From positions 1,376,001 through 1,440,000 of the forward strand of contig CP084167.1 in NCBI GenBank assembly GCA_021513715.1: a stretch of 64,000 bases of DNA, written 5' to 3'. The DNA is from Candidatus Heimdallarchaeum endolithica (GTDB lineage: Archaea; Asgardarchaeota; Heimdallarchaeia; Heimdallarchaeales; Heimdallarchaeaceae). The notes below the pieces were generated by a model. That model did no database searches and was not told where the DNA came from. It saw only the letters and a program-made list of their open reading frames with translations. The position numbers and the translations under genes were made by a program. Shown here piece after piece: positions 57,703 through 64,000 of the stretch (positions are counted from its first letter, which is position 1; the number at the start of each line of letters is the position of its first letter).

Positions 57703-58725
57703 TTGATTTGTTTGAAAGAATTAGATATAATGTTTTTTGAAACACTTATTGATATTATACCTAATTTAGTAGTGATTCTTGATAATAAAGGCGATATTGT
57801 TAAATTTAACAAAGAAGCAGAAATAGTTACTGGATATAATGAAAAAGAAGTATTATACAAAAATGTTTTTGATGTATTTATAGCAAAAGAGGAGCTAGAA
57901 GATGTTAAGAATGTTTTTTTTCAGTTAAAAGAAAAAAATTTTCCAAACCGTTTTATAAATTCATGGATCACAAAAAATGGAGAAAAAAAACTTATTTCAT
58001 GGAATAATACTTGTAAAGCTGATGATAAAAATAATGTTAGTTTTATTATTTCAATTGGTACAGATATTACTAAAAAGATAAAAGATGCAGAAAAAATCCA
58101 AAAAATATATGACAAAATCGAAATAATAAATAAAATTCTTATTCATGATTTACAAAACGCATTATCTGTATTGCAAGGATATTTAGATTTGTATGAAGAA
58201 ACAAAAGATGACTTATATTTTCAGAGTATAAAAAAAATAGTAGAAGAAAATTTTAAAACACTAAAAAGAATGGAAACTGCTACACAAAGTGCTGAAGAGT
58301 TTAAACAAAAAAAACAGAGATTGACTAAGATTTTTGAAGAAATGGAAGAAAGATATCAATTTTTTTCAGACATAGTCCTTCATTTCGATGAAATAATTGA
58401 TGCAGAAATAAAGGTAGATGATAATTTATATTCAATCTTTGATAATTTATTTATGAATTCAATTATGCACGGAAATGCGAAGAACATTTTCATTTCATCT
58501 TCAAAAATCAAAGATAAAACAAACATAGTTCTTGAAGATGATAGTAAAATAAGTGATATTGATATACAGAAAATAATAAAGGATCTTGATTCTTATTCTA
58601 CAGGAAAATATTCAGGATTAGCATTAGTTGGTAAACTAATGAAAAATCTAAATGGAGAAATCACTGTTTCAAAAAATGAACAAGGTGGAATTAGAATAAT
58701 ATTATCTTTTCCAGATTTAGATTAA
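57703..58725 (+). CDS. PAS-domain histidine kinase (degenerate ATP-binding boxes)
   Basis: PAS/PAC (VILDNKGDIVKFNKEAE...GTDIT); H-box HDLQNAL; N-box NLFMNSIMHG; G1/G2 eroded. Confidence 0.85.
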   Translation: MICLKELDIMFFETLIDIIPNLVVILDNKGDIVKFNKEAEIVTGYNEKEVLYKNVFDVFIAKEELEDVKNVFFQLKEKNFPNRFINSWITKNGEKKLISWNNTCKADDKNNVSFIISIGTDITKKIKDAEKIQKIYDKIEIINKILIHDLQNALSVLQGYLDLYEETKDDLYFQSIKKIVEENFKTLKRMETATQSAEEFKQKKQRLTKIFEEMEERYQFFSDIVLHFDEIIDAEIKVDDNLYSIFDNLFMNSIMHGNAKNIFISSSKIKDKTNIVLEDDSKISDIDIQKIIKDLDSYSTGKYSGLALVGKLMKNLNGEITVSKNEQGGIRIILSFPDLD

Positions 58726-58954
58726 GGTTTGAGATCATTTGTAACTGTGCTTTCTATAAGATTTTCTCCTATTGTTACTTATCCCAATAGAAGAACTTTA
58801 GGTAGTAATAGAACTTTCTTGTGACTGGTTTGTAACACTTTGTACAAAATTCAGACAATGTTTCACTCAACTTTTATTACTAACATAAAACTAGCTGAAA
58901 AAGATAAGAATTTAGAAAAGTATTTAGTGTGAGAATAATAGTAATACTAGTAAG

Positions 58955-59749
58955 ATGAAAGCTCTTTCTGTGCAAAAATTCTTAGAAGATATTGAAAAAT
59001 TTGGTTTAAGTAAAACTTACATTGATTTGCTCACAAAGAATAAAGAACTCTTTTCGAAAGAAAAAATAACTGAAATATTAACTGAAAATCTCAATATTTA
59101 TACAGATTACACTGTACTACTTGATTTTTTAGAGTATATTTGGTCAAAAGAAAATTCAAGTCCCCTTTTACTTTACTATATATCAGGTATAGTTCATCGT
59201 TTATTTTATCTAACAAGAGAATATCTCGAAAAAAGAGAGAATCAATTAAAGCAATCAAAAGAGCAGATATCAGTTATATTATCTAAATTAAAAAAAGTCA
59301 ATAATAATGATTCAAACAAAAAAGAGAATGTTAATAGAGATAGAAAAAAGAATAATATCGTAAATATTCATTCTGCTAAAGAATTTGTTTTGTTTTTAAA
59401 AAACAGTCCTAAATTAGACAATGACTTATTCGAATGTTTAAAAATTGTAGGGAACTTATTTTTTTCCTTTCTATCTTTTCCCTATCAGCAATTATGTAAT
59501 GCAAATGATTTATCGTTATATATTTCACGAATTTTTCTGTTATGGAAGTTAAATGCACTCACTGATCAACAAATGGTTAAAATTTTTGAATATTTGCGAA
59601 ACAACAAAAAAGAGGATTTCTCATTAGAGCAACTTACTAATATTCTTTTCTTAGAATTCAAAAACTATCAATTTTTACAATTAGGAATAAATAAAGAAAT
59701 ACTTTCTAATATTTGCAGATTCATTCTCTCCAACCCAAAAAGACAATAA
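58955..59749 (+). CDS. Hypothetical protein
   Basis: 264-aa helical-looking ORF, no recognised motif. Confidence 0.6.
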   Translation: MKALSVQKFLEDIEKFGLSKTYIDLLTKNKELFSKEKITEILTENLNIYTDYTVLLDFLEYIWSKENSSPLLLYYISGIVHRLFYLTREYLEKRENQLKQSKEQISVILSKLKKVNNNDSNKKENVNRDRKKNNIVNIHSAKEFVLFLKNSPKLDNDLFECLKIVGNLFFSFLSFPYQQLCNANDLSLYISRIFLLWKLNALTDQQMVKIFEYLRNNKKEDFSLEQLTNILFLEFKNYQFLQLGINKEILSNICRFILSNPKRQ

Positions 59750-59808
59750 ATATGTAAAGAAATAGAAAATGAATGCATCTTCAGTTTTAAACAATTTTTT
59801 GTTTTTAA

Positions 59809-59918
59809 TAGTACTTCCGCAATAAGTTGACCGATTTCTATAGGTTAAAATTATAGGCGTTCATACTATCATTGACGTGTTCTCAATTCATACTTTTTGA
59901 GATAATTCGGAAGTACTA
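59809..59918. mobile_element. 110-bp MITE, copy 2 (inverted relative to copy 1)
   Basis: TIR TAGTACTTCCG...CGGAAGTACTA; 6-bp direct repeat TTTTAA at 59803-59808 and 59919-59924. Confidence 0.95.
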
Positions 59919-59962
59919 TTTTAATACGAAACGCTTTTAAAAATTCTTGTTTCAATTGACAC

Positions 59963-61132
59963 ATGGAACCTTCTGTTTTCCTTTCTGTTATAGAAGTTGG
60001 GCCGCCCTATGTTGGTTCTCTTGCAGGAACACGTCGATATGCTTACTCTCTAATAAATTCTTTATCGTTACAAGGTATTAATATTACAGTAGTTTCTACC
60101 AACAAACTTAATAGTAAAGATCCTTTATTAGAAAAACCAAATGTCAAATTTTATTACATAAAACCCCGCAAAGAAAGGAAGGAAGGATATAGAAAAAATA
60201 TTCGTTCAATAAAAAGAGAAAGTAGATATTTCTCAAAAAAATCTTTAGAATTCTTTTTGAAATTGCAACAGCAACAAAAATTTCATTTAATCCATACAAT
60301 TGATTTTGCTTCTTTATCTTTTATTAAAGCTAAAAAAGAAGATAAAATCATATTACCTATCATTGCTTCAATAAGCAATCCAATTATAGCTTATTTCTTA
60401 AAAAAGGAGCATATAGAATGCGTAGATCAGGTAATTTACACAAACAACAAATCAAAAGAAAAATCTTTGAAACTGTTTCCTAATACAGAAAATAGAAGCA
60501 TAGTCATACCACTATCGATTGATTGTACAAAATTCTCTCAAATACCAAAAATCGAAGATATAGATAAATTTACTCAAAAATATGATCTACATCGTGATAA
60601 AGACATCATTCTTATCCTTGGACCTTTTATTCCCCGAAAAATGCAGAAAGAGCTAATTCCTCTCTTTCCAAAAATTATTCAAAAAAATTCTAACAGCTAC
60701 TTCTTATTCTGTGGAGAAGGACCAACTCTCACATCAATTAAAGAAAAGATCATTAGCTACCGTTTAGAAGACTATTTAAGCTTTACTGGTTATGTAAGTG
60801 AAGAGGAACTATATATAGCATATTATATTAGCTCAGTTTTGATTTACCCTGCTGAAAGTGGGAGTTTTGGTACACCAATAATTGAGGCTTTAGCTTCAGG
60901 ATTACCAGTAATTGCAGCAGATAAACCACCAATGAATGAAATAGTTAGTAAAGAATACTTGTATTCAATAGAAAATAAGGAACAAATAGTTGATATTGTA
61001 GTTTCTACTATTGAAAAAAGAAAAAAAGAAGATATTAGTACATTTGATTTACAAAAAGATGCTATTAAGGAACATCATCACTCTCTAGTGGGCAAAAAGA
61101 TTCTAAAGCTTTATGAGAAAGTAATTGAATAA
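59963..61132 (+). CDS. Glycosyltransferase family 4 (GT-B)
   Basis: PPYVGSLAG; CGEGP; FTGYVSEEEL; SFGTPIIEALASGLPVIA. Confidence 0.9.
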   Translation: MEPSVFLSVIEVGPPYVGSLAGTRRYAYSLINSLSLQGINITVVSTNKLNSKDPLLEKPNVKFYYIKPRKERKEGYRKNIRSIKRESRYFSKKSLEFFLKLQQQQKFHLIHTIDFASLSFIKAKKEDKIILPIIASISNPIIAYFLKKEHIECVDQVIYTNNKSKEKSLKLFPNTENRSIVIPLSIDCTKFSQIPKIEDIDKFTQKYDLHRDKDIILILGPFIPRKMQKELIPLFPKIIQKNSNSYFLFCGEGPTLTSIKEKIISYRLEDYLSFTGYVSEEELYIAYYISSVLIYPAESGSFGTPIIEALASGLPVIAADKPPMNEIVSKEYLYSIENKEQIVDIVVSTIEKRKKEDISTFDLQKDAIKEHHHSLVGKKILKLYEKVIE

Positions 61133-61245
61133 AAGAACAAACATTTTTCTTAAAACTATTTCTCAATGCCTAATAGATTTAATTTTTTACAATAAAGATA
61201 TGGAGATAGGTTTAAATAATTGTCTTGTCATAAGATAAATGTATC

Positions 61246-61845
61246 ATGTCAACAAAATATTTCTGTCCCAACTGTGGTGCAGCAGTCACCCCAGAAGATA
61301 AATTTTGTCAGAATTGTGGAACAAAACTAGAGGGAGGAACTGCACAAGGAGTTTCTGCTCCAGCTTACCAAGCACCTGTCTCACAATCTGGCCCAGTAAC
61401 ACCTACCCCCACTTATCAACCATCCCAACCTTATCAACCCTATCAACCATATGTAGACAGCCAGAGGATACAACAAGTTAGTACTGTTGATCCTTCCCAA
61501 TATATGAGGATAAAAGCATCTTTAGGTAATAGGTGTGTAGCCTACTTAATTGATTCCATAATTTGGACTTTGATTTCTAGTTTTAGCGGAGGACTTGGTA
61601 TTTGTGCCGTACCATTCAAAGACTCTATTCCTGAAGAAGGAAAATCATTTGGAAAACAAGCAATGCATATACGCGTAGTAGATTATAATACAGGAAGACC
61701 AATGACAGTAGGTCAAGGTTTTGTAAGAAATTGTTTGGGCTATTTAGTAACTTTAGGACTTGATTTCTTCATCCCTATCTGTACAAGTGATGGTAGAAGA
61801 GTTGGAGATTACCTAGCAGGAACAATAGTAATAGAGGATATGTAA
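61246..61845 (+). CDS. RDD-family membrane protein with N-terminal zinc ribbon and P/Q/Y-rich linker
   Basis: CPNCG...CQNCG; RCVAYLID; GKSFGK; RRVGDYLAGTIV; 4x9-bp (Y/S)QP repeat at 61414-61449. Confidence 0.9.
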   Translation: MSTKYFCPNCGAAVTPEDKFCQNCGTKLEGGTAQGVSAPAYQAPVSQSGPVTPTPTYQPSQPYQPYQPYVDSQRIQQVSTVDPSQYMRIKASLGNRCVAYLIDSIIWTLISSFSGGLGICAVPFKDSIPEEGKSFGKQAMHIRVVDYNTGRPMTVGQGFVRNCLGYLVTLGLDFFIPICTSDGRRVGDYLAGTIVIEDM

Positions 61846-61863
61846 TCTTTTCAATTTTTTTGG

Positions 61864-63960
61864 TTGCTTCCAATGGTTGATTACAATTTAAAGCAAATAA
61901 AAGAATTATACAAAAAGAGGTCGTTTAGTGTAGCTTTGTCTATCATCCAAGAAAAACTTTCTGAAGCTGATGATAGCCAAAATATGTGGGAGTATTACTT
62001 CTACTTAGCACAAGTTCAATATATGCTTGGAAGAAACAAAGATGCTTTAAAATCCATACAAAAAACGTTACTACTTATTAAAGAAAACCAAATTGAAATC
62101 AAGAATATGATAGAGATTCAGATTGCGAATGGTAAGATTTTACGAAGAAATAACAAACTTCAGGAAGCAAAGCAGATCTATTTAGATTTACTGAAAAAAG
62201 ATGAGAAATATATTGATAAAGAAGAAAAAATCAAAATATATCATAATTTAGCTAATGTTTATTTAGAATTAAAAGAATACAAAGAGACAGAAAGGTTACT
62301 AGAAAAAGCTCTATCACTTTCCAAAGAATTAGGAAAAGAAGAAAAAATAGCTACAGTCTATTCAAGTTTAGCAGCTCTAAAATATCTATTAGGTGATGTG
62401 GATAGAGCTTTACATTATTACTCAAAAAGTTTAGAAATCAGAGAAAAACTTCAAGACAAACAAGGAAAAGCAACATTATATTTTAACATTGGAACAATAT
62501 ACTCCAACATACAAGATAGAGAAAATGCAGAAAAATACCTTTTAAAAGCTATAAATTTATTCAAGACTGTCAATAATCAAAGAGGTGAAATTATAACTAA
62601 AGAAACACTTGCGATTATGTATTATAATTTAGGAGAGATAAAAGAAACTATTAAATGGTTAGATCATCTTATTGAACTTCCAGAATATAATCTTAAACAA
62701 CTTCCTAAAGCAGTTATTCTCATTGATTGCCTAATGAAACAAAATAATCTTCAGCTATTAGAAATTATTCTATCAAAATCATTGATCACAATAAACAAAG
62801 CAGACAAAAATCAAATAGAAAAATATTGGAAAGAAGTCTTTCAAATTAAGTACATCTATTGTACTCTTATTTTAGATAAAAAAGACCATAAAAAAGCATT
62901 AGAGATATTAGATGAACTCAAAAAAGAAGAAAATGTAAGAAATAACTGGAATAATGTTATTTTAGTTAGTTTAGAAAAAGCTCGCATATATGAAAATTTG
63001 TTAGAGTTTGAACATACAATCAACGAATTAGAAATTGTAGAAGAAATAGGAAAAAAACAAAAGAGAGATATTAAACTTGTTCTAATAAAAGAAAGCCAGA
63101 TATATTTTATATTGGGAAAATACAAAAAAGCCCAAAGAAAACTCGAGAGTTTAAAAGAATTGATTGAAAATAAACACAAATATGTCATTGAAACAATTAT
63201 TCGTTCATTGAAAATTGCTTTAAGACAAAAAGTTCCAGATTCTACTAAATTATTAGAAATGGATAACAAAAATATTGATTATGAATTGGTTTTCTTACAA
63301 AATATACTGGTTCAAATTCAAAAAAACAGTTTACAAATTAAGAAAATAGACAAATTATGTAAAAAAATAGGAATATGTAGCGAAAGATTGACTTTTTCTA
63401 ACTATCTTTTGGTTCATAAATTGTTAACAAACGAAGAGTTAGATAGAGAACTTTATCTGGAAAGCAATTCAAGGTTAGAACAAATTTACAGGAGAGTTAT
63501 TGAAAATCAGATACTTCCTGAAGAATTCAGAGAACACTTTGAAAATTTATTTCAGAAAGGTTCGTGGAACTATAAAGAAAAAAGTAGAATTCTCGATATT
63601 TTATGCATAGGAGTTTTAAATGATTTAATATCAAAAAATGTCATTACTCAACTTTCTTGGAAAAAAGAAGAAATAGAAATTAATGAAAGTTTATTAAATA
63701 TAAAGAAAATATTGTATACCAAAATCATTGAAGCACATTCACTTTCTGATTTCCAGTTAGAAAATAGAGAAACAGGAGTATTTTTACTAAAAGAATCCCA
63801 ACTATTTGTTAAACAGTTGATTTATACGATAACAGATTTTATAAAAAGTAATTATTCAAATTTGACAAGAGAACAAATTCAAACATATTTGTTTATAGTT
63901 GTAAAAGTAACTATAGGAACAATTGAACAGTTATTTTTAGTTGATTTTAATGAAAGATAG
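61864..63960 (+). CDS. Tetratricopeptide-repeat protein
   Basis: Multiple TPRs (YHNLANVY; ALHYYSKSLEIREKL; YFNIGTIY). Confidence 0.9.
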   Translation: MLPMVDYNLKQIKELYKKRSFSVALSIIQEKLSEADDSQNMWEYYFYLAQVQYMLGRNKDALKSIQKTLLLIKENQIEIKNMIEIQIANGKILRRNNKLQEAKQIYLDLLKKDEKYIDKEEKIKIYHNLANVYLELKEYKETERLLEKALSLSKELGKEEKIATVYSSLAALKYLLGDVDRALHYYSKSLEIREKLQDKQGKATLYFNIGTIYSNIQDRENAEKYLLKAINLFKTVNNQRGEIITKETLAIMYYNLGEIKETIKWLDHLIELPEYNLKQLPKAVILIDCLMKQNNLQLLEIILSKSLITINKADKNQIEKYWKEVFQIKYIYCTLILDKKDHKKALEILDELKKEENVRNNWNNVILVSLEKARIYENLLEFEHTINELEIVEEIGKKQKRDIKLVLIKESQIYFILGKYKKAQRKLESLKELIENKHKYVIETIIRSLKIALRQKVPDSTKLLEMDNKNIDYELVFLQNILVQIQKNSLQIKKIDKLCKKIGICSERLTFSNYLLVHKLLTNEELDRELYLESNSRLEQIYRRVIENQILPEEFREHFENLFQKGSWNYKEKSRILDILCIGVLNDLISKNVITQLSWKKEEIEINESLLNIKKILYTKIIEAHSLSDFQLENRETGVFLLKESQLFVKQLIYTITDFIKSNYSNLTREQIQTYLFIVVKVTIGTIEQLFLVDFNER

Positions 63961-64000
63961 TGAAAAAAAAGCTAGATGGATGCTTTACCCTTATCGTCTT

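Noticed and set aside
58775-58858. Small minus-strand ORF MSEFCTKCYKPVTRKFYYYLKFFYWDK with a CxxC
   Set aside because: Only 27 codons, TTG start, single CxxC; insufficient support.
697-63269. Short ORFs antisense to or nested in long genes (e.g. 697..921, 1598..1876, 3598..3864, 12700..12960, 31371..31742, 62856..63269)
   Set aside because: Shadow ORFs overlapping well-supported genes, with no motifs.
1-64000. CRISPR array or TIGR-like repeat-spacer array
   Set aside because: No regularly spaced direct repeats seen in any intergenic region; nop5 here is a canonical full-length gene paired with fibrillarin.

Overview
AT-rich (~30% GC by eye), gene-dense archaeal chromosomal segment. Gene content points to an Asgard archaeon, most likely Heimdallarchaeia: five small GTPases (Arf-like, Rag-like, MglA-like) with longin/roadblock fusions, a uDENN-like protein, rps30e, a TFE-beta/RPC34-like protein and a CTL/SLC44-like transporter. 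This taxonomic call is inference. Housekeeping content includes RNA-modification/translation genes (rps8e, gar1, srp19, rlmE, trm1, rnhB, nop5, fibrillarin, elp3, rps30e) and a lipid locus (psd-pssA, HMG-CoA synthase/thiolase/DUF35, DegV). Mobile DNA: a decayed IS6-family element, a decayed IS481-family element with a 16-bp target duplication, and two near-identical 110-bp MITEs with 6-bp target duplications. Most notable observations: (1) an unannotated ~250-nt highly structured intergenic element with its own TATA/BRE and two crossing long helices, upstream of rps30e; (2) an operon of two Arf-like GTPase-longin fusions (one a pseudo-GTPase) plus a uDENN-like protein; (3) two subtilases with Site-1-protease-like architecture, one between the mevalonate and phospholipid genes; (4) an MglA-like GTPase directly upstream of a ParM-like actin ATPase; (5) a protein with tandem WH2-like motifs. 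All family assignments are by-eye motif recognition; no searches were run.
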